The notes: generated from the letters alone by a model not told the origin. Positions 37,184-47,034 are shown, counted from the first letter of the stretch. The stretch: 64,000 nt of DNA from Candidatus Liptonbacteria bacterium (GCA_016182095.1 JACOXY010000011.1:67794-131793), one strand, 5' to 3'. Translations and numbers: made by a program.

Positions 37184-37458
37184 AGGAGTGTGAGATATGA
37201 ACATAAATCAAATTTAGAAGCCAAAAAATGAGGTGATTTCAAGGCACGACGACGAAATTGTATTCAGAGAATACATTGAGGAGGAGTAACGAAGAAAATC
37301 AGCCATTTTTTGGCTTCCCCTCGGGGGCGGGCGAATTTCCTAAATCTGCCTCGTTCATCGTCGGAGCTGTACTCTTTGAGTACTAATCTCCTCCTCGCGC
37401 CTCACATATTTAGTAAATTCGCTCCGCTAAATTGATTTTGTTCGTATCTCACACTCCT
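37184..37458. mobile_element. MITE-like element, ~275 bp, with ~33-bp imperfect terminal inverted repeats
   Basis: aggagtgtgagatatgaacataaatcaaatttag ... ctaaattgattttgttcgtatctcacactcct; a lone copy of the end at 48821-48846. Confidence 0.8.
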
Positions 37459-37728
37459 ATTTTCAACGAACTTCAATAAACTTCGTTATTATATCATGAA
37501 TTTTCTAAATTGCAAGCCAGGGTTCCTTGGGGCGCGGCCTTTCTTGCTACCTCTTATTTACCATGACATCTTTTATATTTCCTAGCGAAGCCACGCGAAA
37601 ATTTATTTTCGTGATGGCTGAGCGACGGAAATTCAAGAAATGCTGCAGCATTTCTGTTGCTTATTGACTAGCCCGCAGGGATTTTCTATATTAAGTGCAG
37701 AACCTTTCTCCATTATGGGGGGTAAACC

Positions 37729-37947
37729 ATGCCAAACATTGGTGCGTGGGAGAAATCAGTTGCTGAACGGTATAAACTGCATACATCATGGCTTATACCA
37801 TCATATCACGGAGAGAAATGTCCATGTTGTGGCAAAGTACGAAGGTACGAACACTACATCACCGACGTGGGAGTGTGTGTCTTCTGCTCCGCTGCTTGTA
37901 AAGATAGTGACAAGTGCCAACAATCAGCTCTCTTTGAAAAAGATTAA
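37729..37947 (+). CDS. Small Cys-rich (zinc-ribbon-like) protein
   Basis: CPCCG...CVFC...C....C; GGGGG RBS-like sequence upstream. Confidence 0.55.
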   Translation: MPNIGAWEKSVAERYKLHTSWLIPSYHGEKCPCCGKVRRYEHYITDVGVCVFCSAACKDSDKCQQSALFEKD

Positions 37948-38395
37948 ATCAGCTACGATTTTCCGGGCCTTACTCTGTGGAGAAGGGCCTTTTTCTTTAC
38001 TCCTACGCCCCCTAAAATATTTTGCATGGCAAAATATTCGGGCGATAATTTCGCCAATAGCGAAATGATTTAGCCATGACACCTCTGCTACTTCTTGAAA
38101 TTTGCCAAATACCACGGGGATCAAAAACTTGACAGATTATATACTTCTATGCTATGATGTATTTAGAATTCGGGCAACTTAAGGAGGTGCCAGGTGAAGT
38201 CAATCTACCAAATCGTGGTCAGCAGAGATTTCGTGCTTTTCGCAAGAGATTTCCTTCTCCCAATGGTGGGGTTCGGAATTCTCTTCTTGTGGGTGATCCC
38301 CGCGATCGTCCGCTGATCTCGTGGATGTCCAGACCGTCTTGGCCGCCCGGCAATGCTGTGGCGGCCTTTCTTATCCCCATGACCCATGACACTTC

Positions 38396-38421
38396 TTATC
38401 CTTCGACTTCGCTCAGGATAA
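38396..38421. repeat. REP-like hairpin ttatccttcgacttcgctcaggataa
   Basis: Palindromic ends; related cores at 12348 and 49741. Confidence 0.7.
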
Positions 38422-38469
38422 ACGTTGCCAAAATGATTATTTTATGCTCCATGGCACTTCTTATATTTT

Positions 38470-39228
38470 TTACCTAACCCACCCCCGAATTAAATCCTTT
38501 GTTTCTTGCGGACCGTTAACCTGTGTTGCTTCTATCCCGGTATCTAAAGCCGCGTGATCATTGCCTCCTGGATAGAGCGCGTCTCCCACAAAAAGCATTT
38601 CGGAAATAGGAATCTGCAGAGCGCGCTCAATTTGCCGAACGCCGTACGCCTTATCAATGCCTTTTTTAGTAATGTCAATTGAGGTTAATCCGCCAGTCCT
38701 TACCTCAAATTCAGGGAGCAGTTCTCTTAATATTGTCGCGGCTTTTTCGCGAATAGCATTATTCGCCTTATTCCATTGTTTTTTATCCTCAATCGGCGCT
38801 TGTTGGCCGAGAGCGGAAAAGGTTACCTGGGTATCACGATCCTCAATAAGTTCGCCCCAAACCCTTTCCGGTTTTTTATAACCGGCTTTCTCTAAACTTT
38901 TAGCAAATGTTCCAAAAATTTTTGTCTTCTCCTCTGTGCTTAAAATATCGGCATAAACCTCTTTCCACTCTGTGTTCACATACTCAAAATATCTGGTGGC
39001 AGTGGTAGGAAACAGGTGCAGGCGATGAAGATTCTCTTTAGGACACAAAAGCCGACGCAAAAACTGCTCTTCAAACTGGCGCCACGAGCCCCCGCCTATC
39101 ACCGCCACATATTTTTCTTTCAAAAGACGGCAGATTAAATCCGCCATTTCCGCATCCATATCCGCCTTGCTTTCGGTTAAGGTTCCGTCCAGGTCAAAGA
39201 TGATAATTTTTTTATTAGAGAAATCCAT
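38470..39228 (-). CDS. HAD-IIB hydrolase, eukaryote-type phosphomannomutase-like
   Basis: FDLDGTLT, IEDR.TQ.TFS.LG, GG.TSID, GD....GGND. Confidence 0.85.
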   Translation of the reverse strand: MDFSNKKIIIFDLDGTLTESKADMDAEMADLICRLLKEKYVAVIGGGSWRQFEEQFLRRLLCPKENLHRLHLFPTTATRYFEYVNTEWKEVYADILSTEEKTKIFGTFAKSLEKAGYKKPERVWGELIEDRDTQVTFSALGQQAPIEDKKQWNKANNAIREKAATILRELLPEFEVRTGGLTSIDITKKGIDKAYGVRQIERALQIPISEMLFVGDALYPGGNDHAALDTGIEATQVNGPQETKDLIRGWVR

Positions 39229-39239
39229 CGTGATAAAAT

Positions 39240-39809
39240 TTAAAATTGCTGCAAAAATTCTTCCCAAGAATGAACGCGCTTGCTCTCTGCTGGAGCTTTT
39301 GTATAAACGCAGAATGGATCAAATAAATATTTCTGCGGCACACTTATAAGCTCTTGAATTACGCTTGGTTCGTCGTCTATAAAATGAGTAACGTGAAGTT
39401 CTTTAGCTTTAATATCTTTATCCTTTTTCTCTTTCACAAAAAATGTATTCGTGGGGTCAAAGTATTGTGGCCAAAGATCGTGAAATTTTAGCGAAATCAT
39501 GGCGTATTCTGGTTCCCGGCGGCGAGAAATCAAATAGTAAGGTATTCCCAAAGACTTTATGTAATGCAAACCCTCCTTGGCGCCCCGCATTAAAGGTGTT
39601 TTCAGTGAAAGCGCGTGGTCACTGTAGAGCTTCGCCTGAAGAGCTTGATATAACGCTGGTTCTATTTTTGTTTCCATTATATCTGACGGCGTTTCGCTTG
39701 GATCGATTGTCAAGCCGTACTGCCCAGCAAGTTCTATTTTGGTTTTTGTGTGATCTAAAATCACACCGTCTAAATCCAGGCCTATAATTTTTTTGTTTAA
39801 GTTGTGCAC
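39240..39809 (-). CDS. HAD family 5'-nucleotidase-like (NT5C-type) protein
   Basis: IGLDLDGVI, ISRR, FIDD, V.SW motifs; start set at GTG 39809. Confidence 0.7.
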   Translation of the reverse strand: MHNLNKKIIGLDLDGVILDHTKTKIELAGQYGLTIDPSETPSDIMETKIEPALYQALQAKLYSDHALSLKTPLMRGAKEGLHYIKSLGIPYYLISRRREPEYAMISLKFHDLWPQYFDPTNTFFVKEKKDKDIKAKELHVTHFIDDEPSVIQELISVPQKYLFDPFCVYTKAPAESKRVHSWEEFLQQF

Positions 39810-39874
39810 AGCTTTGCTTATTATGCTTCTTATTTTATACTGATTTAAGTTTTTAGAAAAATGGGTATGTAAAA

Positions 39875-40576
39875 GTGAACCACTCTCCTGAATGGGAAAT
39901 TGAGAAAGAAGAATTTCTGCGGCGACTGGAATGTGGAGAAAGGACTTTTCGCGACAATCTTTGTCTGCCAAACTTTAAAAACATAAAGCGTATTGTGCCG
40001 CTTCGATATCTTGAAAATATTACTGCCGCGCCAGTTCCCATGACAACCAAAATGCTGCTTAAATTTATCTCGCACATCAAGACTTTTGACGGCCAAAAAC
40101 CATTCTCTGATGTTTCTGTGGAGTTGCGCAAAGTTGACCCGCGACACCTCAAAATCGGTCAAAAGTTTATATACCGAGAAAATTACCAAAGCTTACTTGA
40201 AAGCCTCACCGGACTTTTTGGGCGGTTTGCCATTCCAAGCGGCATTTCCGAACTTGGAGCTTACTTTGTTTTCGGCGAAGACAAAGATGGCGTATCTGCA
40301 TTGGCATGTTACCTGCCGCCAATTATAGAACAGCACGAGGCTCACTTGGTAATTATGGATGGTATTCATCGCGATTATATAACCATGCAGATTGGTGGGA
40401 CTATAAACGCGGTAGTCGTTCGCGGAGTAAGGGTTTCATTCCCATGCGGCTTACATTCGTGGGAAGATGCTCTGGTCATCAGTTTGAACGAAAAGCCCAA
40501 AGATATCAACGAACGCTACTTTGAACTCAATAAAGAACTGTTCCGCGATTTGAAATATTATGGAATAGACGGATAA
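39875..40576 (+). CDS. Hypothetical protein with ParB/sulfiredoxin-like motif
   Basis: PPII.....LVIMDGIHR resembles the ParB/Srx DG.HR motif. Confidence 0.6.
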   Translation: MNHSPEWEIEKEEFLRRLECGERTFRDNLCLPNFKNIKRIVPLRYLENITAAPVPMTTKMLLKFISHIKTFDGQKPFSDVSVELRKVDPRHLKIGQKFIYRENYQSLLESLTGLFGRFAIPSGISELGAYFVFGEDKDGVSALACYLPPIIEQHEAHLVIMDGIHRDYITMQIGGTINAVVVRGVRVSFPCGLHSWEDALVISLNEKPKDINERYFELNKELFRDLKYYGIDG

Positions 40577-40613
40577 GGTAGAAATGCTATGCTTAAGCCA
40601 GCAAACATGATTT

Positions 40614-41240
40614 TTGCGAGGAATAAAATTGAAAACTCCGATTGATGTCGTGAAGCACATCGTAGAAATAAACGCGTGCGTCTCCCATATTGCCGTAAGT
40701 CCCTACAAAGCGCGCCCACATTTGCATGAAAGAAAAGTAAAAAAGGATTTTGTTAAGGAAGCCCTGCTCCATGAAACCAGAGATTATGTAGATTTCTTAA
40801 AACGCGAGAACGTGCTCCATAAAGAAGCGATAGAAAAAGAACTTTTGTCTTTAGCGCCAGATTGCAGGTTATCGGTACACTCTTACGCGGTAACCAGCAC
40901 CGCTCCACGCTTTTTGCATATCCCCCTGGTTGATTTCAAGCCGCCTCCTTCCGATAAAAACCTCAAAGCCATCCGCGAAGCCATGAAAGCGGTAGGTGAG
41001 AAAAGCGGAGTGATACTTATAAGCGGCGAATCTTACCATTACTATGGTTTTGAGCTTATGGAGCCGCACAATTGGCTGAAATTCATGTCGCGCCTACTAC
41101 TCTTAAATGACCCCATTACAAAAGAAACCCTGGTTGATTCTCGCTGGGTGGCACATCGCTTAATTGACGGCTTCGGAGCGTTACGTATTTCGCCCAAAGA
41201 AAATGGCGCACAGAACCCTTATGTAGTCGCGGAATTATAA
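40614..41240 (+). CDS. Archaeo-eukaryotic primase-like (primase 1D-like) protein
   Basis: HIPLVDF, SG.SYH.YG and VD.RW..H......LR motifs recall AEP motifs; by-eye family call. Confidence 0.6.
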   Translation: MRGIKLKTPIDVVKHIVEINACVSHIAVSPYKARPHLHERKVKKDFVKEALLHETRDYVDFLKRENVLHKEAIEKELLSLAPDCRLSVHSYAVTSTAPRFLHIPLVDFKPPPSDKNLKAIREAMKAVGEKSGVILISGESYHYYGFELMEPHNWLKFMSRLLLLNDPITKETLVDSRWVAHRLIDGFGALRISPKENGAQNPYVVAEL

Positions 41241-41359
41241 AAACAAACCCACCAATCGGTGGGTATTTACATCGCCATAAGCCAGAAAGCTCAAAAGCGG
41301 CCGGGTAAGCCGCCACCCTGGTCTTTGCAAACTTATAGGTGAAGTGATTAAATTAAGGC

Positions 41360-41899
41360 ATGAAGTATGGTGGCAAAAAGACAAAGAAGGTTGCTCGTCC
41401 TGATGTTAATGATTTTTGGTTGATGCAGGCGCTCTTTTATTCTACCAGGGGCACCTGTGATCGCTTGCGCACTGCCTGTCTTATTGTGGATGAACATAAC
41501 CATTTGATAAGCGCGGGCTATAACGGATCTCTGCCGGGCGCCGATCACTGCGATGATGTGGGGCATCTCATGATAGACGGTCACTGCATGCGCACTTTGC
41601 ACGCGGAAGAAAATGCCGTTTTACACAGCACAAAAAGCTTACGCGGCGCCACCGCTTATATGCTTGTAAGTCCTTGCCTGCTCTGCACCAAAAAACTTTT
41701 GAGTGTGGGCATCAAAAAAATTATCTGCGCTGAAGAGTTCAAAAACATACAAGGCAGAGATGTCGGCGCTAAGTTTATAAAAAATTTACTCGCAAAAAAC
41801 AATGTGCCAATTAAGTTTATAAATATAGATTTTACTGAAAAATTAAATCAATTTACACAAATCCTAAAGAGTCCCGGAGGATTCTTAAGATCCAATTAA
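41360..41899 (+). CDS. dCMP deaminase (ComEB-like)
   Basis: R.TC.R, GYNG, HAEENA, PC..C. Confidence 0.92.
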   Translation: MKYGGKKTKKVARPDVNDFWLMQALFYSTRGTCDRLRTACLIVDEHNHLISAGYNGSLPGADHCDDVGHLMIDGHCMRTLHAEENAVLHSTKSLRGATAYMLVSPCLLCTKKLLSVGIKKIICAEEFKNIQGRDVGAKFIKNLLAKNNVPIKFINIDFTEKLNQFTQILKSPGGFLRSN

Positions 41900-42027
41900 T
41901 CCCTCACTCAAGAAAGAGTTTGGGTTTCTGTCTGTAAAATAAAATGTTTTTGGTCGAGTAGTATTAAGTTGATAAATAAATTAAAAAATAAGAGAGGGCG
42001 GATAATGCTCTTTCTTGAGTGAGGGAT
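41899..42027. mobile_element. 129-bp MITE-like element with 20-bp perfect terminal inverted repeats
   Basis: atccctcactcaagaaagag (41899-41918) / ctctttcttgagtgagggat (42008-42027). Confidence 0.85.
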
Positions 42028-44158
42028 GGGGCGCAAGAAAAAACATGAAGAAGAAAACGAGGAAGGGGGCCTGTTAAACATGGAAATCGGGCATTTTTTT
42101 GAACTTCACCCAGACGCCAAAAAAAGCGTGGTAGCGGTGCTTTTCGCAGCCATAGCGATTATTTTAATTTTATCCAGCCTAGGCAAGGCCGGACCGGCAG
42201 GAAATGCCATCTTCCAAAGCTTAAGTTATCTCTTTGGGTGGGGATACTACTTGGCTCCCGTGACGATGTTCCTCGCGGCGTTTATATTTCTAATAACCAA
42301 GAGGCAAAGAGTCTTGGGCATTACAATCTTCGGATCGTTTCTGCTTTTTCTCTCAAGCTTGGGCATTATTGATATAGTTTCCCCAAAAAGCGGCGGCCTT
42401 TTGGGTTCCATAATTGGAATTATTGAGGCTCCATTCGGTTATATGGCGGCGCTCGTTCTAACTGGAGCATTTTTTATCGCTTCCCTTATCGCAACCCTGA
42501 ATACTCCCATAAAAATAAAAAACCCTTTCGCTCGCGGCAATGTCTCTTCCGAGGATGAAGTACTAACTCCCGAAGAAGAGGAGAATATTGAAGCCCACGA
42601 AAAAGACGACGCGGAGTCAGAAGAGGATGGAGAGGAAGCAGAAGATGAAGAAGAGGAGGCGCGGGCAGATGAAGAGAATGCAAAACAAGGGCGCGGATTA
42701 TTCGGCAGAAGAAAAAAATCGGGGCTCGCGGCAATAAGCGGAGATTATACGCCCCCACCGCTTTCACTCCTTAAAACTTCTACCGAAAAACCGACTTCTG
42801 GAGATTTAAGAGCGAACGCCAATATTATTAAAAGAACATTGGAGTCGTTCGGCATTGCCGTTGAGATGGGAGAAATAAATGTTGGGCCAAAAGTAACTCG
42901 CTATACGCTAAAGCCTGCCGAAGGAGTAAAGATCTCAAAAATAAACGCCTTAAATCAAGATTTGGCGTTAGCGCTCGCGGCTCACCCCATAAGAATAGAA
43001 GCCCCCATCCCTGGAAAATCTTTGGTTGGCATTGAAGTGCCCAACAAAGCCGCGGCCGTAGTGCGACTTGGAAGTCTCATGAACTATAAAGAGTTTAGCG
43101 ATGGCGGCATGCTTGATTTTGTTTTGGGAAGAGATGTGACAGGAAATCCAGTTTTCTCTGATATTGCCAAAATGCCGCATTTATTAGTGGCTGGCGCAAC
43201 CGGTTCGGGGAAGTCGGTTATGCTGCATACTTTGATTTTGTGTCTGCTTTATAAAAATTCTCCCGAAACTTTGCGCATGATAATGATTGACCCGAAGAGA
43301 GTGGAGCTTTCTGTGTACAACGGCATGCCGCACCTAATAGCTCCGGTCGTGACAGACGGGAAAAAAACCGTTGCGGTTTTTCGATGGACTATAAGCGAAA
43401 TGGAAAGGCGCTATGGACTTCTTGAGGCCGCCGGGAGCCGCGACATCAAAAGCTTTAATGTGCAGAATAAAAAGGAGGCCTTGCCATATATTGTAATAAT
43501 TATTGATGAGCTGGCAGACCTTATGGCAGCCTATGGCAGAGAAATTGAGGGGTCAATCGTGCGCATTGCCCAAATGGCGCGCGCAACAGGAATTCATCTT
43601 ATAGTGGCAACCCAACGTCCGTCAGTCGAAGTAATAACCGGGTTAATTAAGGCAAACATAACCACCAGAATAGCACTCCAAGTCGCAAGCCAAGTTGACT
43701 CCAGAACCATTCTTGACTCCGCGGGAGCCGAAAAACTTTTAGGAGGCGGCGATTTGCTTTTTATATCTGCCGAGTTTTCAAAACCAAAAAGAATCCAGGG
43801 CGCCTACGTGAGCGAAGACGAAATCAGAATTGTTGCGAATTTTATAAGAGAGAAAAATAGCGACCTGAAAAATGACGAGGAAATTGAATTCGCTAATCAA
43901 TCCACACACGAAATAGGAAACGACAAAGATGTATTTGACGAGTTCTCCGAAGATGGCAACGAAGAAGACTTGATGTATGGAGACGCGGTAGAAGTTGTGA
44001 GAGAGGCGGGCAAGGCTTCCGCCTCGCTCTTACAGCGCCGCCTTAAAGTCGGCTACGCCAGGGCCGCCCGCCTGCTTGATATTATGGAGGCGCGAGGTAT
44101 CATAGGACCGGGGGACGGAGCGAAACCACGCGAGGTATATTTAAACGAAGAAGTGTAG
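42026..44158 (+). CDS. ftsK: DNA translocase FtsK/SpoIIIE
   Basis: 4-TM N-terminus; GATGSGKS; IIDELAD; ATQRPS; gamma domain SASLLQRRLKVGYARAARL. Confidence 0.96.
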   Translation: MGRKKKHEEENEEGGLLNMEIGHFFELHPDAKKSVVAVLFAAIAIILILSSLGKAGPAGNAIFQSLSYLFGWGYYLAPVTMFLAAFIFLITKRQRVLGITIFGSFLLFLSSLGIIDIVSPKSGGLLGSIIGIIEAPFGYMAALVLTGAFFIASLIATLNTPIKIKNPFARGNVSSEDEVLTPEEEENIEAHEKDDAESEEDGEEAEDEEEEARADEENAKQGRGLFGRRKKSGLAAISGDYTPPPLSLLKTSTEKPTSGDLRANANIIKRTLESFGIAVEMGEINVGPKVTRYTLKPAEGVKISKINALNQDLALALAAHPIRIEAPIPGKSLVGIEVPNKAAAVVRLGSLMNYKEFSDGGMLDFVLGRDVTGNPVFSDIAKMPHLLVAGATGSGKSVMLHTLILCLLYKNSPETLRMIMIDPKRVELSVYNGMPHLIAPVVTDGKKTVAVFRWTISEMERRYGLLEAAGSRDIKSFNVQNKKEALPYIVIIIDELADLMAAYGREIEGSIVRIAQMARATGIHLIVATQRPSVEVITGLIKANITTRIALQVASQVDSRTILDSAGAEKLLGGGDLLFISAEFSKPKRIQGAYVSEDEIRIVANFIREKNSDLKNDEEIEFANQSTHEIGNDKDVFDEFSEDGNEEDLMYGDAVEVVREAGKASASLLQRRLKVGYARAARLLDIMEARGIIGPGDGAKPREVYLNEEV

Positions 44159-44256
44159 TAACTCCACGAATTTACGAATCTAGCTAATATACGAATTTAT
44201 CCGACGTGAACCAATAGATTCGTATATACGCTAGGATTCGCCATATTCGCGGACTT
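44159..44256. mobile_element. Gene-less derivative of the GxxExxY element
   Basis: First 23 nt taactccacgaatttacgaatct identical to 35467; inverted attcg array at 44217-44256. Confidence 0.8.
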
Positions 44257-44260
44257 CCAA

Positions 44261-44896
44261 ATGGACAAAGATTTTAAAACATTATTCAACGAAACCCTGC
44301 ACAACTACGGAGTTGGTATTGCTAAGTTAAGCGAAACAACCGGGATCCCGGAACGCTATCTTGAAGCAATGCGTTCGGGCAATTTGGGGAGTTTGCCGCC
44401 CGCTCCTTACGTGCGCGGTTATTTAAATAAAATCGGCAATCTTGCGGGCGTAAATGGTGAAGAATTGTGGACTGCCTTCAAAAAGGATGAGCAGACAAAA
44501 ACTTCCGGCTCGGAAGATCGCCTTCCGGAAAATAGATTCTCTCTGCAAAAAATCAATAAGGGAAGGGTTGTGGGCTTGGCGGTGCTTGTATTGCTTTTCG
44601 CTTACGGATTATTCCGATTTGACGTGATCGTCGGCAAACCGCTTTTACAAATATCCGCTCCAGTGGAAGCCCTTTTCTTAAGCAACGAAGAGATCTTTGA
44701 ATTGAGCGGGCTTGCGGAATCAAGAGATAAGCTCACGGTAAATGGAGAAAATATAATTATTAACGAGGACGGTTCTTTTAATAAGAAATGGAAGCTAACT
44801 CCCGGAATAAATATTTTGGAATTTAAGGTGAAAAGATTTCTCGGGCTTGAGACATGCCACTACATCTTTGTTGTTGCCGTAGAGACCAGGGTGTAG
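44261..44896 (+). CDS. RodZ-like HTH membrane protein
   Basis: T.IPERYLEAM..G....LP..PYVRGYL HTH; single TM; Ig-like C-terminus. Confidence 0.8.
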   Translation: MDKDFKTLFNETLHNYGVGIAKLSETTGIPERYLEAMRSGNLGSLPPAPYVRGYLNKIGNLAGVNGEELWTAFKKDEQTKTSGSEDRLPENRFSLQKINKGRVVGLAVLVLLFAYGLFRFDVIVGKPLLQISAPVEALFLSNEEIFELSGLAESRDKLTVNGENIIINEDGSFNKKWKLTPGINILEFKVKRFLGLETCHYIFVVAVETRV

Positions 44897-44920
44897 TAAT
44901 ATCAATAAACATAAATAAAA

Positions 44921-45006
44921 AATAAAAGATTAAAAATCAAAAATTAAGATTGTTCGCCAAAGGCGAACTCCATAATTTTAATCTTTGATATTTAATTTTT
45001 AATTTA
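44921..45006. repeat. Inverted AT-rich 7-mer arrays around a GC hairpin, upstream of recA
   Basis: aaatcaa/aaattaa units, then gttcgcc-aaa-ggcgaac, then tttaatc/tttgata/tttaatt units. Confidence 0.65.
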
Positions 45007-45014
45007 GCTGTACT

Positions 45015-46034
45015 ATGTCCAAACAAAAAGACGTAAGCGACAAGAAATCAGAGATTAAGGATCAAGCGCAAGAACTAAATAAGTTGATGTCTTCTCTGCA
45101 AGAGAAATTCGGCGAAGGCGCCATAATGAAGCTCGGAGAGATTAAGCATGTTAATGTGAGCATTATCCCGACTGGGTCGTTTTCTCTGGACCTTGCCCTC
45201 GGTGTCGGCGGCCTGCCAAAGGGCAGGATAGTTGAGATCTTCGGGCCGGAATCATCCGGCAAAACAACGTTAGCGCTAAATGTAGTGGCTCAAGCGCAAA
45301 AGAAAGGCGGCAAGGCGGCGTTTATAGACGCGGAACATGCCATGGATCCGGAATACGCCAAAAAATTGGGGGTCAAAGTTGACGAACTCTTGATTTCCCA
45401 ACCGGACAGCGGAGAGGAGGCGTTAAATATCCTGGAAAGCTTGGTGCGCTCCGGCATCATTGACGTTGTAGTGGTTGATTCTGTCGCGGCCCTAACCCCG
45501 CAAAAAGAAATTGAGGGAGAGATGGGGGCGCAGTTTATGGGGCTTCAGGCGCGAATGATGTCGCAGGCGCTCCGTAAACTTACGGCAATTTCCGCCAAAT
45601 CAGGCACCATGGTAATTTTTATAAATCAATTGCGAGAAAAAATAGGCATAATGTTCGGAAATCCAGAAACCACTCCCGGAGGCCGGGCTCTTAAATTTTA
45701 TTCTTCGGTCAGGATTGACGTGAGACGCGCCGCTTGGGTTAAAAAAGGAGAAGAGGTGGTCGGAAGCAGGGTTAAGGTAAAAGTGGTAAAAAATAAAGTT
45801 GCCCCGCCATTTAAGCAAACTGAATTTGATATTATGTTTGGAGAAGGTATTTCCTATGAGGGCGATATTTTAAATACTGCCGTGGGAAAAGGCGCCATAA
45901 CAAAATCCGGCGCGAGCTACAGCTTTGAGGGAGAAAAAATAGGCCATGGGTATGAGGCCGCTAAAGAAAAATTGAAGGAAGACAGGAAGCTTTTGAATGA
46001 AATCAAAAAGAAAATTGTCGCCCTGGCTGGTTAA
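45015..46034 (+). CDS. recA: Recombinase RecA
   Basis: [44 protein letters not shown]. Confidence 0.98.
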   Translation: MSKQKDVSDKKSEIKDQAQELNKLMSSLQEKFGEGAIMKLGEIKHVNVSIIPTGSFSLDLALGVGGLPKGRIVEIFGPESSGKTTLALNVVAQAQKKGGKAAFIDAEHAMDPEYAKKLGVKVDELLISQPDSGEEALNILESLVRSGIIDVVVVDSVAALTPQKEIEGEMGAQFMGLQARMMSQALRKLTAISAKSGTMVIFINQLREKIGIMFGNPETTPGGRALKFYSSVRIDVRRAAWVKKGEEVVGSRVKVKVVKNKVAPPFKQTEFDIMFGEGISYEGDILNTAVGKGAITKSGASYSFEGEKIGHGYEAAKEKLKEDRKLLNEIKKKIVALAG

Positions 46035-46050
46035 AATTGCTGGCAAAAAT

Positions 46051-46073
46051 AAAGAGGCCGAGGGGGCCTCTTT
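46051..46073. terminator. Bidirectional terminator after recA
   Basis: aaagaggcc-gaggg-ggcctcttt between convergent genes. Confidence 0.75.
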
Positions 46074-46667
46074 TTACATGTAGGAAAGTTTACTGACTTC
46101 TACTTGCATAAAACCCATTGCTTCTAATTTAGTCTTGGTATTTCTGTCTTTCGCCCAAACTCTTCCTGCCGCCGGCAAGTAAAGTTCCGGCACTACAAGC
46201 TGAACGGAGTGTCCATCTCGAGCGTGCTTAAGCCAATTAGCGCGACTCCACGACGGCTTAAAGATGAGCCGTTTTTCATAATCACTCGTTTCTCTATTGC
46301 CATTACAATTGTTAATTGCAATATGCCACTGTGCAAAATCCATAAAAATACCATCCGCACTACTGAAAGAAAATAGCGCTCCGTTTATGAATCTTCGCCC
46401 CTTACGATATGCATATTTGTAAACGCCGTCTTCCCACCAATTATCTTGATATCCTGTAAGCCGCAAGTCGTCTTCTGTCTTGCCAACAGCCATAAAAAGA
46501 GGATAAAAACCTACCTCCCTCTTAAGCCAAAAATATGCCCCCTTAAAATCAGGGTCGGCATGTCGGGGATTTGGTTTCGCTATCCCAAAAGAAACGCTAT
46601 CTAAAGGACGGCAGTGATGAAAGAGAAGCATGATCCCTCCTTGTGGGCTACCGAGATTATATAACAA
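46074..46667 (-). CDS. Hypothetical protein (real start probably MLLFHH)
   Basis: Clean ORF; GGAGG RBS before the internal ATG. Confidence 0.6.
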   Translation of the reverse strand: MLYNLGSPQGGIMLLFHHCRPLDSVSFGIAKPNPRHADPDFKGAYFWLKREVGFYPLFMAVGKTEDDLRLTGYQDNWWEDGVYKYAYRKGRRFINGALFSFSSADGIFMDFAQWHIAINNCNGNRETSDYEKRLIFKPSWSRANWLKHARDGHSVQLVVPELYLPAAGRVWAKDRNTKTKLEAMGFMQVEVSKLSYM

Positions 46668-46723
46668 AAATTATACCTTGTAAACTGCAATTATTATTTA
46701 TTAGAGTGAGCCGTGGACAAAAC

Positions 46724-46774
46724 ATAAAAGTTCTCCAAAAGTTTCGCAACCAGTATCAGGCCGGTACCGTGGGG
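46724..46774 (-). repeat. Second copy of the folD 3' end (51-bp direct repeat with 47306-47356)
   Basis: 49/51 identical; reads PHGTGLILVAKLLENFY then VLSTAHSNK*. Confidence 0.9.
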
Positions 46775-46776
46775 AA

Positions 46777-47034
46777 CTAATAAGTACTGCTGGTTCTCCG
46801 ATTAATTTCGGTCACTTCAATCAGCTTTAAATCAATGCGGATATCATAAAAAATCCGATAGTTGCCAACCCGCCTACGCCATGAGTTTTCTTGTCCGCCA
46901 AGCTTCTCTATATCTCCCGAGTATGGATCTTTTGATAATTCGTCCAATGCATTCACAATTCTACCTTTATCATTCTTTGGGAATCTACTGAGGTGCTTTT
47001 TAGCGCTTTTGGCTACGTGAACCGCGAAGCTCAT
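46777..47034 (-). CDS. RelE/ParE family toxin
   Basis: A.K.L..F...D..RI...L..L..DPY.GDI.KL.G....WRRRVGNYRI.Y. Confidence 0.9.
   Translation of the reverse strand: MSFAVHVAKSAKKHLSRFPKNDKGRIVNALDELSKDPYSGDIEKLGGQENSWRRRVGNYRIFYDIRIDLKLIEVTEINRRTSSTY

Noticed and set aside
36959-37231. 90-aa ORF
   Set aside because: Overlaps tRNA-Leu antisense and a GC-rich repeat; no protein features.
38154-38477. Small ORFs 38154-38477 and 38205-38387
   Set aside because: They overlap each other and repeat elements and show no recognisable motif; coding status is unsupported.
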